A stretch of DNA of 58,033 nt from positions 1 to 58,033 of the forward strand of contig NW_021835316.1 of NCBI RefSeq assembly GCF_006345805.1. The letters run 5' to 3'. Position numbers and translations under genes: made by a program. The notes beneath the pieces are model-generated. The model searched no databases. It had not been told where the DNA came from and was given only the letters and a program-made list of their open reading frames with translations. Numbering within the stretch: the stretch's first letter is position 1; each line of letters starts with the position of its first letter. Positions 1 to 15,269 of the stretch are shown in pieces. Source of the stretch: Octopus sinensis (Eukaryota).

Positions 1-265
1 TTTTTTTTAAAGATTTAATCCGTTAAAAGTTTCAAAAAGGTGATTCAGAAACCGAGACATTTTGTTCAAGGTGCCACGCAGTTGACAGAGCACGAAGCCA
101 CGTGGTTGTATGTAACAAAGCGAGCTTCTTAAACACACAGACATGCCTTCGCCTGTTTATGGTGTGTACGTACATACACACACACACACACGCGCGCGCA
201 CACACACACACATAGCGTATATGTGTACAGATATAAATATGAACATACATACATATTTTGTGTAA

Positions 266-601
266 GGGTAAAGACCCCCTTCGGTCATGAATGACCATGG
301 GATTGCACCTAGAAAGTTACCCTCCTAGACACAAGTCTGGGCAAGGTTGTTTATGGAAGACCAGCAGTCGCCCATGCATACCAGTCTCCCCTCTCCATGC
401 CACCAGTGTTATCCAAGGGAAAGGCAAAGGTCGATACAGCTTGGCACCAGTGACGTCGCAACTCATTTCTACAGCTGAGTGAACTGGAGCAACGTGAAAT
501 AAAGTGCCTTGCTCAAGAACACAACACGCAGCCCGGTCCGGGATTCGAGCTCACAACCTCACGATCGTAAGCTCGACGCTCTAACCACTGAGCCATGCGC
601 C
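266..601 (-). mobile_element. tRNA-derived SINE (head 1 plus RTE-like tail a)
   Basis: The minus strand starts GGCGCATGGCTCAGTGGTTAG (A box) ... GAGCTCGAATCCC (B box). It continues through the shared core GTGTTCTTGAGCAAGGCACTTTATTTCACGTTGCTCCAG into a tail that recurs at 23280-23454. Confidence 0.8.
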
Positions 602-616
602 TTATGCGCCATATTT

Positions 617-679
<63 letters not shown>

Positions 680-1556
680 ATGTGTGTATATATGTATATA
701 TGCAATATATATATACATGTATGCATATATAAATATGTGTAAGCATACGTGCGTGTATTTGCGCATGTGTGTGTGTATGATTGTGTGTGCGTATTATTGC
801 AACTCTAGCTTATGAATAGTGGCCGTTGAATCCGGCTCAGGGCAAGACGACATTTCCTGAGGCGAACTCCAGCTATCACTTCCTGTTTGTAGGGTTTTTT
901 TTGTTCAAAGTTACGAATCCGTAGACATAGTTAAATAAATTCACTGTATTGAGAGAAGCCCCCCCCAAAAAAAACAAAGGAGAAAATCCAAAAGTCTATA
1001 CAAGAAGACGACCCTAAGACGATCTGCCGTTTAACTGGACACCATTCTGGCAACTCCTGCAGCCATACTGGTACCAAACATTCTCAATAGAACCAGTGAA
1101 GCCGAAAGGGGAATTGCTGAGATTCGATAATAACCCCCAATCTTCATGGAACAGGATGTGGTTGTCCCTCATGCGTTGTGCTGCTGTTTAAACCCGGGCT
1201 GACTAGAAGTGCAAAGCTTCCGTGTCTCTTGGGATACACGGATGATCATGGATGCTTGTAATGGGTTGCCGTCATGCAGCGGCAACACTAGCTGGATATT
1301 ACTCGGTAATATCCGCGCCAGTGTGCAGCTCACTCCAATACGAAGTCTGCTGCTCATTTTGTCAACAATTGTCTATCGAATGTCTGGGTTCACCCATTGA
1401 GTTACTTCCCTTTAGTAAGTTACTTTTTAGGCAATAAGTGCCACGAGCGATTCACGCTGGCTTGCACCAGTATGCCCAGACATTCGCTTTCTGTTTGTCT
1501 GTCTGTCTCTGTCTCCCTCTCGTTCTCTCTCTTTTTCTCTCTTACAAACAAACAAA

Positions 1557-1587
<31 letters not shown>

Positions 1588-1630
1588 GCGCGCGCACTCA
1601 TATACATATATTGGTTGTATATCATATATC

Positions 1631-1861
1631 TATTTCTTTATTACCCACAAGGGGCTAAACACAGAGCGGACAAACAAGGACAGACATAGGTATTAAGTCG
1701 ATTACATCGACCCCAGTGCGTAACTGGTACTTAATTTATCGATCCCGAAAGGATGAAAGGCAAAGTCGACCTCGGCGGAATTTGAACTCACAACGTAACG
1801 TAGACGAAATACCGCTAAGCATTTCGCCCGGCGTGCTAACGTTTCTGCCAGCTCGCCGCCT
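1631..1861 (-). mobile_element. SINE family A, full-length monomer with TSD
   Basis: Reads GGCGGCGAGCTGGCAGAAACGTTAG...GAGTTCAAATTCC...GTCGACTTTGCCTTTCATCC...GTAATAAAGAAATA. A 16-bp direct repeat GTTGTATATCATATAT flanks it at 1614-1629 and 1863-1878. About ten related copies occur in the window. Confidence 0.9.
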
Positions 1862-1939
1862 TGTTGTATATCATATATATATTGGTTGTATATCATATAT
1901 CGTGTTCTGTTTACTGCATCACACAAGTTTGCGATAGAC

Positions 1940-2900
1940 CATCAAAAGCATCTTTCATATATATGCATGCATGGTTGTATCATGACATTTCTTTCACGAT
2001 TTTGCTTAGGAGAGTAGAATTTCAGTTCCTTTAGTCTCTGAGCAGCTCATCTATTGCACTACGTATATACAGGAAGACGTCAATTAAGGTAGGAATCAGA
2101 AGAGTACCTTGTGGTCCCTCTCTTATGCAGATTTCTCGGATAATGGAAGCACTCCGTCGGTTACGACGACGAGGGTTCCGGTTGATCCGAATCAACGGAA
2201 CAGCCTGCTCGTGAAATTAACGTGTAAGTGGCTGAGCACTCCACAGACACGTGTACCCTGAACGTAGTTCTCGGGGATATTCAGCGTGACACAGAGAGTG
2301 ACAAGGCCGGCCCTTTGAAATACAGGTACAACAGAAACAGGAAGTAAGAGTGATAGAAAGTTGTGGTGAAAGGGTACAGCAGGGATCACCACCATCCCTG
2401 CCGGAGCCTCGTGGAGCTTTAGGTGTTTTCGCTCAATAAACACTCACAACGCCCGGTCTGGGAATCTCGGATAAGTCGCGTAGGGCAGCATTGTTGACAG
2501 CAATTTGACTTCAGCCTTTAGGGAAGTCAATGAGCTAAATTGCTTATCTTATTGTATGCCGACTTCCATCCGTCTGTGACATAAGATGCTTCGTTGATTT
2601 TTATAAAAGCTCCCAGAGAGATCAAAAAACATATGCACTCAACTGAAGATTTATGTAAATAATAGTTTCTTCAGAATTTGATATTATTTTGTCGATGTTT
2701 TTAAGTAGTTTCTTTCCAGGGCAAATGTCTGTGCACTGTGCAACATAATTGATAAATAAATTTCTCAATAATTTATTATTTTTTCTCGATGTAACTTTCC
2801 TCAGAACTTTTGAAAAAGTGCGACGTAAGCGATACGGGTCCGTGGTCACTGTCTACACTCGACAGCCATCTTTGATGAATCGATGCTAGTATTGCTTTAC
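1940..2900 (-). pseudogene. Decayed CR1/L2-like LINE reverse transcriptase fragment, interrupted by a SINE
   Basis: Frameshifted minus-strand peptides occur in the expected order: GPVSLTSHFFK (cf. YRPVSLTS), FFDLSGSFYK..SILCHR...VGI (cf. YLDFAKAFDKV..LGI) and GPQGTLLIP (cf. GVPQGSVLGP). Confidence 0.6.
2144..2464 (-). mobile_element. 5'-truncated SINE (head 2 plus tail c) with 10-bp TSD
   Basis: TSD TCTCGGATAA at 2134-2143 and 2465-2474. The body matches 34240-34420 and the tail matches 24983-25160. Confidence 0.85.
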
Positions 2901-3404
2901 TCAGGAGTCGACCATAATTCTAAATAGCTACAACAGAGTGAGAGTTAATTCACACGCGCACGCACACACACACTCGCGCGCACGCGCAGATAAGATACCT
3001 ATTGGGAAGATTGATCGCTGCTTAGCCCCAAGTCAGACCTATAATCAAAAGCCCTTATACATTGACCATCCTGCCAATTGCAATTTTGTTGTTATTTCTA
3101 AGAAGCCAAGGAACCAAACAAGGTCTCCTTCGCTGTCCTGTAAAAATACGAAATATATGTTTGTGTGTGCGGCTTATAAGCTTTTTGCATACACCAATAT
3201 ATATATATATATAGACACAAATTATAAATACATATATTTTGTGTGTGTGTGTGTGTATGTATATTTCAAGATCCCTGCGCAAATAAGCTAATGCTGGATT
3301 TGTTGGAAAATGTTGGATAATGTTGGAGGGAAATAACTGGCCACCAAAATGTCATGTCTCTTTCTTTCTCTCTCTCTCTCTCCTCCTTCTCTCTCTATCT
3401 ATTC

Positions 3405-3690
3405 TTTGTTTTCTTTTGCAGAACCGCTACGTTACAGGAAGGAAATAAACCAACAACGGTTGTCAAGTGGTATAGGGGGACAACCACTAAGACACGCACA
3501 CACACACTCTCACACACACATAGGACGCATGCGACGGTCTTCCACACAGTTTCCCCTCTGCCAAATTCACTCACAAGGCACTGGTAAGCCCTGGGTTATA
3601 GAGGAAGACATTTGCCCAAGATGCCGTACTGTAGGATAGAACCCGAAACCACATAGTTGTGAACCCAACTTTCTTAACCATACAGCCTAC
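3405..3690 (-). mobile_element. Decayed SINE family C copy (internal CA/TA microsatellite)
   Basis: Matches blocks of 51615-52038 (GAACCGCTA.GTTAC, CCAAAT.CACTCACAAGGC, GAAGACA.TTGCCCAAG). Confidence 0.7.
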
Positions 3691-4071
3691 ATACAGTATA
3701 TACCGGCTCAGTGCATACCTCTTCATAGCCTTCACCCTACTGTACCTGTCTGTGCGTGGCACATTATACTCCTTATCTTCTCTCTACCTTAATAAATGTT
3801 GTTATGAATGCACAGAGATCATAATGGAACTGGTAGAAATAGCAGTCAAATCTCATCCAAACGACCTTTTTTTCTTAAAAAAAAAAAAAGCGAGGAGATT
3901 GTATGAAATGCATGATTCTTAAAACAAATCAGGACTGCTAAAAACTTGTGTTCGCAGGCCAGCAGGATGAGTGTTGACTTGGGGCTAAACAAACAAACAA
4001 ACAACAACAACAACAGCAACAACAACAGTAAAAAAAACAACTGAATAATTTATGCTAATAACAGTTCGAAC

Positions 4072-4285
4072 GCGGTTAGATGGCAGAATCGTTAGCACAC
4101 CGGGCGAAAAGATTAGCAGCATTTCGCCCGTCTTCACATTCTGAGTTCAAATTTCGCCGAGATCCACTTTGTCTGTCATCCTTTCGAGGTCGATAAAATA
4201 AGTACCAGTTGAGTACAGGGGTCGATGTAATCGGTTTATCCCCACGCCCGATATTTCAGGCCTTGTGCCTTATAAGCAGAAAGAA
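4072..4285 (+). mobile_element. SINE family A, alternative tail
   Basis: TGGCAGAATCGTTAGCAC...TTCTGAGTTCAAATT...CATCCTTTCGAGGTCGATAAAATAAGTACCAG, with the tail GGCCTTGTGCC. Confidence 0.8.
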
Positions 4286-4546
4286 TATATCTATGAGTTT
4301 CATACATTCTTCTATTGTTAACCTATTCACATTGTGCCATCGCTATTACTAATGTAGTAGTAGTAGTAGTAGTTGTAGTTGTAGTAGTAGTAGTTGTGGT
4401 TGCTGTTGTTGTTGTTTAACCCACTCTTTGATCAAGCAGAAAATACGATCAATGCCGATCCAGCCGTAACCATTCCTCCTGTTCCGACGAAATTTTTATC
4501 GACTTCACATTATAATGTGTCGTGTCATTCTCTATTATTAAAGCAT

Positions 4547-4814
4547 TTGGGTTGGTGCATAATTATTGCGGCTTTTCTTTTTCCAACAAATTTTATTCAA
4601 CAAAAACAATAACAATATTTAACAAAAAACATCTTTAAATGACGGTCTGATCGCCGTCTGCCAAGCAAATGGGAAGCAGTAACTGAAGTAGATGGTGAAT
4701 ATGCTCCGGAATAATCATTCAAAGATGTTTTTGTTACATGTTGTTATTGTGTTGGTTAAATAGAATTTGTTGAAAAAAAAAAAAAAAAGCCGCAATAATT
4801 AAGCACCAACCCAA
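4547..4814 (+). mobile_element. Internally deleted mariner element (MITE-like)
   Basis: TIRs TTGGGTTGGTGCATAATTATTGCGGC / GCCGCAATAATTAAGCACCAACCCAA with imperfect symmetry extending about 90 bp. The centre encodes the mariner C-terminus LPSKWEAVTEVDGEYAPE*. Confidence 0.85.
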
Positions 4815-4825
4815 TATAATAAAAT

Positions 4826-5078
4826 AAATGCGCCCTTTTAAAGCTTAGCCAGGCTCATGGGTCCGGTTTCCCGGTTTCTATGGCGCATGTGTTCCCCAGC
4901 TGGACGGAACGCCAGTCCATAGCAGTGTTACTCATTTTTGCCAGCTGAGTGGACTGGAGCAACGTGAACTGAAGTGTTTTGCTCAAGAACACAACGCGTC
5001 GCCCGGTCCAGGAATCGAAACCACAATCTAACGATCATGATGCTGACACCCTAACCACTAAGCCCCATGCGCCTCCAC
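4826..5078 (-). mobile_element. SINE (head 1 plus tail b) with 13-bp TSD
   Basis: tRNA-like head TGGGGCTTAGTGGTTAGGG..GGTTTCGATTCC. TSD CACCAACCCAATA at 4804-4816 and 5079-5091. Other copies lie at 18360-18600, 49776-50014 and 50700-50940. Confidence 0.9.
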
Positions 5079-5104
5079 CACCAACCCAATAGTTTATCTT
5101 TAAT

Positions 5105-6165
5105 CTTTTACCTTTTACTTGTTTCAGTCATTGATCTGCAGCTATGCTGGGGAACCGCCTAGACGGTTTTAGTCGAACAAATCGATCTCAAGTTATTTTT
5201 CTCTTAAAAACCTAGTACTTATTCTATCGGTATTCTTTTGCCGATCCTCTAGCTTACGGTGACGTAAATAAAACAACGCCGGTTGTCAAGCGATGGCGGG
5301 TGGAGTTGGGTAGGGGCAAAAATAAACACAAGACACACATACACATACACACTCATCACCCCTCTACACACACACATATACATGCATACATACACATATA
5401 CATACTGCATGCATCCGTGTATACACACACATACACACTCATCACCCCTCCACACACACACATATACATGCATACATACTGCATGCATCCATGTATAGAC
5501 ACACACATACACATTCATCACCTCTCCACACACAAGTATACATGCATACATACACATATACATACATAATGCATGCGTCCGTGAATACACACACACACAT
5601 ACACGCGCACATTCTTTATCTTTTACTTGTTTCAATCATAAGACTGAGGCCATGCTGGAGCACCGTCTTTAAGAATGTTTTCAGTCGAACGAATTATCCC
5701 CAGTACTCATTTTTAAGCCTGGCACTTATTCTTTCGGTCTCTTTTACTGCCAAGTTACAGGGACGTAAACAAACTATCACCGGTTGTCAAGTGGCGACAA
5801 ACGCAGACACACACACAAACACACGCGCTCCCCCCTACGTATATTCGACAGGCTTCTTTCAAGTTTTGTCTACCAAATCTACTCACAAGGCTTTGGTCGG
5901 CCCGAGACTGCTACGCAGTGGGACTGAACCCGGGACCATGTGATTGGGAAGGTAACTTCTCACCACGCAGCTACGCCTGTACCTATACATACATATATAA
6001 CGACGGGCTTCTGCACAGTTTCCGTCTACCACATTCACTCACAAAGCATTGGTCAGCCCGGGGTTATAGCAGATGGCACATGGCCAAGGTACCACGCAGT
6101 GGGACCGAACAGGAAACTACGTCGTTGTAAAGCGAACTTCTTAATCACACAGCTATGCATGTGCC
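5105..6165 (-). mobile_element. Cluster of partial SINE family C copies with expanded internal microsatellite
   Basis: Repeated blocks TTACTTGTTTCA.TCAT..GC.ATGCTGG, CCGGTTGTCAAG and CGCAGTGGGAC.GAAC. Confidence 0.75.
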
Positions 6166-6439
6166 GATTAAAAAATTCTTGTGGGGGTGTTGGCTGCCAC
6201 TTTCAACAACGCTAATTCCACATAAAGGCAGGCTCTCATGCCGGTTGACTATCATTTTGTTGTTGTTGTAGTTGTTACTAAGAGCAGCTGTTCACGTGAC
6301 TACAATTTAGAGTTGTCCAACTTTAATGGTGAGAGACACACCCGTCTCAAAAAGCAGACGACAGTTATCAGATATGCTAAACATAGGCATAGTTTTTCGA
6401 TCTCTAATATAAATATATATTTATGTATCGCAAACACAC

Positions 6440-7149
6440 ACACATAATTATATATATTTACACACGCACATACACACACACACACATATATATATGTATA
6501 TATATATGTGTGTGTGGTATATATGTGTGTGTTCTTGTACGTACGCATGCATACATGTGTATGTATATTTGTGCATGTCTTCGTGTGCGTGTGGCTATGT
6601 TTGTGTGTGTTTGCGTACGTGTGTGTACATATATGCGTACGTGTGTGTGTATGTGTGTTTGTATGTATGTATATGTGTATGTATGTATGTATGTATGTAT
6701 GTATGTATGTATGTATGTATGCATATGTGTATGTATGTTTGAATGTTGGTAAGTGTGTATGCATGACTGGGTATGTATATATTAAGCATGCATGATGTGT
6801 GCGTGTTTGCATGTATGTATGTATGTATGTATGTATGTATGTATGTATGCATGCATGCATGTATGTATGTATGTATGTATGTATGTATGTATGTATGTAT
6901 GTATGTATGCATGCATGTATGTATGAAGGGATTTATGCAAAAACGTATGTTTGTAAGTATGTATGCCTGCGTGTGCATGTATATATGTTAAGCATGCATT
7001 ATGTGTGTGTGTTTATATGTATGTATGAAGCAATGTATCCATATACGTATGCCTGTAAGTACGTATGTATATATGTATGCATGTGTATGTATGTACGTAC
7101 GTACGTATGTATGCATGTATGTATGTATGTATATATGTATGTATGTATG

Positions 7150-7181
<32 letters not shown>

Positions 7182-7838
7182 CATGTATGTATGTATGTAT
7201 ATATGTATGTATGTATATATGTATGTATATATGTATGTATGTATGTGTGTATGTATGTATGTATGCATGTATGTACGGTTACGTGTGTGTATATGTATGC
7301 ATGCGAGAGTATGTATGTGTGCGCGTGTATGAACGTCATCGCATGCAGGGAGATGCGTATATGCGTAGATATATAAATGTCATCTTTGATGTATAAGTAT
7401 ATGTGCGTATTACGTATGTATGCTTGTCCGTATGTATGCATAACATGAATATTTCTATGGCTGGAAATCCAACGAAAGAATAAGCGTATGGGGTGTATGT
7501 GTGCGTGAGTGGGCGTCTGTGTCTGTCTTAGAGCGTACGTGTATCAGCACATGGATTATACTTAGATACGCTCTCATATATACGTAGGAATACGCTCAAG
7601 TACGAATATGTATGCATAGGTATGAGTATATCTATATATACATACATAAGTATATGAATATGTACATAGACGTGCGCACACGCACACATATGTACATACA
7701 TAATTATTAGTATTTAAATATGCATATGTAGGTACATATTCGCATATATCGTTGTCTCTCTATCTATATGTGTATGTATGTATGTATGTATGTATGTATG
7801 TATCTATTTATCTATCTGTCTGTCTGTCTATCTATCTG

Positions 7839-7922
<84 letters not shown>

Positions 7923-7957
7923 ATCTATCTATCTGTCTGTCTGTCTGTCTGTCTCTT

Positions 7958-8014
<57 letters not shown>

Positions 8015-8045
8015 CTAACTACCTATTTGTCTGTAATCTGTCTAT

Positions 8046-8093
<48 letters not shown>

Positions 8094-8254
8094 GTCTATC
8101 TATCTGTCTATTTGTCCATCTATCTATAAATATGTACATATGGATGTATATGTGTGTGTGTGTATGTGTATTTATATATGTATGTATATATATATATACA
8201 TATAATTATAATTATAAACATACTTATTCATAAATACACGCACGCACACACACA

Positions 8255-8328
<74 letters not shown>

Positions 8329-8340
8329 TGCACACACACA
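6440..8340. repeat. Compound microsatellite field: (TATG)n, (TCTA)n/(TCTG)n, (TA)n, (CA)n
   Basis: Directly visible. It accounts for the MYVC/HTYI/IYLS ORFs. Confidence 0.95.
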
Positions 8341-8387
8341 TTGGTTCTATAATTATAAATGCAAATCAATACAATTAGTAGAGTGTA

Positions 8388-8538
8388 TTCCGAAACAGCT
8401 GATGATTCACTTTCGCTTTGCTCTGAGCGTCTCGACACGTGCAGTCGGTCAGGCGACATTATGTTTTTGTCGCCTGAATGACCGCACGTGGCGAGACACT
8501 CGGAGTAGCAACACAGTCTATCATCAGCTGTTGGCGAA
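8388..8538. other. Long imperfect hairpin in non-microsatellite sequence
   Basis: The arm AACAGCTGATGA..TTGCTCTGAG-CGTCTCG-ACACGTGC-AGTC-GG-TCAGGCGACA pairs with TGTCGCCTGA-AT-GACC-GCACGTG-G-CGAGAC-A-CTCGGAGTAG..TCATCAGCTGTT. Confidence 0.85.
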
Positions 8539-8696
8539 ATGATAAAAAAGTTGTCACATTGATTGAGTACTCCTTCCCTGGTTTCTAAATTCAAACATGT
8601 ATAACATTATATATATATATATATATACACACTCTCTCTCTCTCACACACACACATACACACACACATATACATATACATATATATGCATGTGTGA

Positions 8697-8728
<32 letters not shown>

Positions 8729-9071
8729 TCTTGTACGTACGTATGCATACATGTGTATGTATAATTGTGCATGTCTTCGTGTGCGTGTGGTTGTGTCAGT
8801 GGGTGTTTGCGTACGTGAACATATATATATATATATATATATAATCAGCCGAAATTGCGAGGATGATCCGGTTCTTGACTGAAGATTAGAGGCTTCGAAT
8901 GAGCCGTCCGTTTTTTGTGTCGTCTATTTGAATGTTTTGCGTTCTTGTCCCATTTTGTTTTTTTTATACATAATATATATACATACATATATATATATAC
9001 ATATATATATATTTACATATATATATATAATATATATATATATATTATATATATGCGTACGCATGCATGTG

Positions 9072-9134
<63 letters not shown>

Positions 9135-9445
9135 CGAGGCTATCAACACACACATACACACGCATACATATATATATAAGTGTGTATGCGCGTGAGTATG
9201 CGTGAAAGAAAATGTATGTATATTTGTGTGCGCGCGTGTGTATACATGTGTTTGTGTGTGTGTGTGTGTGTGTGTACTTGTGTGTGTGTGTGTGCGTGTG
9301 TGTGTATGTGTGTGTGTGCGTGTGTTGTGTGCATATCATACGTAGACAAAAAGGGTAAATACGTAAATAATAGTATATGAACGTATGTGTGTGCAGATAT
9401 GTTTGAGCGTGCCTGTATGTGCGTGTATATGAGTAGATATATGTG

Positions 9446-9497
<52 letters not shown>

Positions 9498-9914
9498 TAT
9501 GCGTGTAGGCGCTCACTCGCACGTGCACTCTTGCTACAAGTGCAAGTATGCCAGTTACTCTTTTGTAGATGTTGTAGTTGCTTAAAGATTTTCTTTAATC
9601 AGTGCATGTGATTGCGTGCGTATGCGTACCTGTGTGTGTGTGTGTGTGATGTGCATGTATCCGCGTATGGTTCTGTGCATATGCATGCTCCTACCTGCTC
9701 GGGCACGTACGAGCCTGTATATGCGTACACCCCCCACACATACATACATACATACATACATACATACGTACATACATACATGCATACATACATACATGCA
9801 TACATACATACATACATACATACATACATACATAGATACATATACACATATATATTACTGGTTTCGGTCATCTCATTGCGGTCATGCTGGAGCACCGCCT
9901 TGAGAGAGAGTGTA

Positions 9915-10077
9915 AGTCGATTACATCGACCCCAGTCCTCAACTGGTACTTACTTTATCGACTCAGAAAAGATGAAAGGCAAAGTGAACCTCGGCGGAAT
10001 TTGAACTCAGAACGTAAAGACGGAACAAATGCCGCTAAGCATTTGGCCCGACGTGCTAACGATTCTGCCAGCTTGCC
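9915..10077 (-). mobile_element. SINE family A fragment fused to a family C tail (9855-9902)
   Basis: AGTCGATTACATCGACCCCAG...GATGAAAGGCAAAGT..ACCTCGGCGGAATTTGAACTCAG...GATTCTGCCAGC. Confidence 0.85.
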
Positions 10078-10093
10078 TACACACACACACACA

Positions 10094-10131
<38 letters not shown>

Positions 10132-10284
10132 CATATATATATATATATTCGTGTGTGTGACCTGATGTGTGTGTATGTGCGGTGTAGGTATGCACGAGTG
10201 TATATATGCTTTACAAGATATTCAGTTAACACGCGATTAACATCACTATTCAACTCCGAAGGGGTAGAGCTACCGAGGGGGACC

Positions 10285-10925
10285 CTCTACACAGTTCCTT
10301 GATCGCTAGAAATAGCAACTAAATTGTCCTCAAATCAACACCTCTCACCCACTGCTTTAATAAAAACGAGGTAATGTTCTATTGGTTAATGTAGTCCAAA
10401 ATACCTTTTTCAAGGAATAAACGGAGTGATGGTCACCGCTGAAACGCCTTTGATCATAGGTCTGCTCGATCAGAGCTTAAGAAGAAGAAAATGAAGATGA
10501 AAAAGTAGTTGTTGTTGAAGAAGAAGAGAAAGAAGGGGAAGGCGAAGAGTAAGAAGGGGATGAAGAAAAGGAAGAAGGGGAAGAAGAAAAGGAAGAAGGG
10601 GAAGAAGAAGAGGAAGAAGGGGAAGAAGAAGAAGAGGAAGAAGGGGAAGGAGAAGAGGAAGAAAGAGAGCAAAATCAAAAACAACAGATATAACTACTAC
10701 TACTACTGAGTATCATCGAGGTCTGTTGACCTGCTAGATATAGCAGCCAAATCCTTCTCAAATGAACACTGACCTCACCGTCTTAAAAACCGAAAAGAAA
10801 AGAGACCAAAGACACAATTGTTAATGTACTCCAAGGTACACAATGCCTGGGTTATGATATGGGATGGTGGCGACTGATACGCCTCATAAGATCAGCTGAA
10901 TCAGACGTGAGCTGGGGCAACTTGA
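10285..10925 (+). mobile_element. Two copies of an older interspersed repeat around a (GAA)-rich tract
   Basis: Shared motif CTAGAAATAGCA.C.AAAT..CTCAAAT...ATGGTCA..GCTG..A.GCCTTTGATCA. It is also seen at about 3830-3990, 15065-15250(-), 23040-23200(-), 33900-34075(-) and 53680-53780. Confidence 0.65.
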
Positions 10926-11099
10926 TAGGCGTGGTAGGGAAGAAAGCCACTGTGACCCTGACCAACGTGCCATGACCTGCCAGGCACGGATCTTTCCAAT
11001 ATCATCTGCTTCATATGTTATTTGGGGGGAAATGAATGATTGTCACTAGGTCTCGTCTCCCTCCTTGTGTCATATTTTGTCACTTTTCATTTCTTTAAC

Positions 11100-13790
<2,691 letters not shown>

Positions 13791-13909
13791 ATCACACTGT
13801 CTTTGCCTGAGAAAGAAGGCCATCCGGGCAGCTTGTGCAATGGAGAAATGTAGTGACAACCAAATATGGTAATAGTAATAGTTTTGCCGTAACGGGGGAG
13901 TCGAGTCTA

Positions 13910-15060
13910 CCACCGCCACCACCGACACCGCCGCCACCACCTCCACTACCGCCACCACCACAACCACCGCCGCCGCCGCCGCCGCCACGACTACGACGTC
14001 GACGACCACCACCATCACCACCACCAACAACAACATCAGCAACATCACCAACATTATCATCACTAACGCTAAGACTATCACGAACATCAACATTATGAAC
14101 AACACCATTATCATCACTCACACCAACACCTTCACCATCATCATCATCAGCGACATCAACAACAACTACAAGCACAGCATCACTAGCACCTTCACACACG
14201 TATGCATACATGCACACACACATGCATATACATATACGCGTGTATCCTCCACCACATATACACGCACATTACACGTATACAAGCATATACAACTTCGCTG
14301 CACGCGCGCGTGCGCGTGCACACACACACACATACGTACACACGCATGCATACACACATACCACACACACGCACACATACACGCACGCGCACGCACACAC
14401 ACACATGCACTCCTTGCTGGTCCTCCTCCACGCCGCTCTCTCAGCTAGAGTTCGTATCGATGTCCTATCCATCATCGTCTCCACCATCGCCGCCTCGACC
14501 ACCAGCACCACCACCAGCACCACCAACACCATCACCATACAACAACCACCACCGCCACCGCCGCCGCCGCCACCATCGCTACTACCGCCACCCACCCACC
14601 CCGGCACCGCCATCATCATCATTGCATCCACCGCCACTTTAACAACCTGCTCTATCGGTACAGCTTAGTGGTTTCTGCCTAAACGTTTTTGTTGTCGTGG
14701 TGGCTGCAGCTGCTGTTGTCGTTGTTGTTATTACAGCTAGTATTGAAATTGCTGCTGCTGCTGCTATTGTTATTGTTGTTGTTACTGCTGCTGCTGCTGC
14801 TATTACTGTTCGTCGTCGTCGTCGTCGTTGTTGTTGTTGTTAGTATTGTAGTTGCTGCAGTTAATGTTCTTTGTTGTTGCTGTTGTTGTATTTGCTACCA
14901 TTGTTATTACTATTGCTGTTGCTTGTTGTTGTTGTGGTTATTGTTGTTATGTTCGTTGCCTCTATTGCTGTTGTTGCTACCGATGTTGTTGTTGTTGTTG
15001 TTGTGGTTAATACCGTTGCCATTGTTCTTATTGTTAATGGTAAAATCAATGTTGTTTTAC
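13910..15060. repeat. Trinucleotide low-complexity tracts (CCA/CCG/CAA, TTG/CTG)
   Basis: Directly visible. These tracts produce the poly-P, poly-V and poly-L ORFs. Confidence 0.9.
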
Positions 15061-15269
15061 TGCTGCTTAAACCCCTGGTCAACTCTGATTGAGCAGAACT
15101 GTGATCAAAACATTCCAGCCATGACCACCCCGTCTTCTTTATATCCAGGCCTGCATTGTCTAATATGTTGTTCTTATAAGTCACCAAAATGGAGTTGAGA
15201 GAATTTGGCTGCTATTTCTAGCAGATATCTCGACCACATCGAAGCTCCTTGACTGGTTCCACAATTCTG

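Noticed and set aside
790-1480. Possible HDV-like ribozyme (CTCAGG..CCTGAG-GCGAA) followed by a weak RTE endonuclease-like peptide (YSVISAP..FCQQL)
   Set aside because: P1, P2 and P3 could not be assigned, and the peptide similarity is too weak to call by eye.
2148-2215. SINE tail c end (ACTCCGTCGGTTACGACGACGAGGG) resembling twister ribozyme words
   Set aside because: The P1/P2/P4 helices and pseudoknots could not be built, and this strand is antisense to the SINE transcript.
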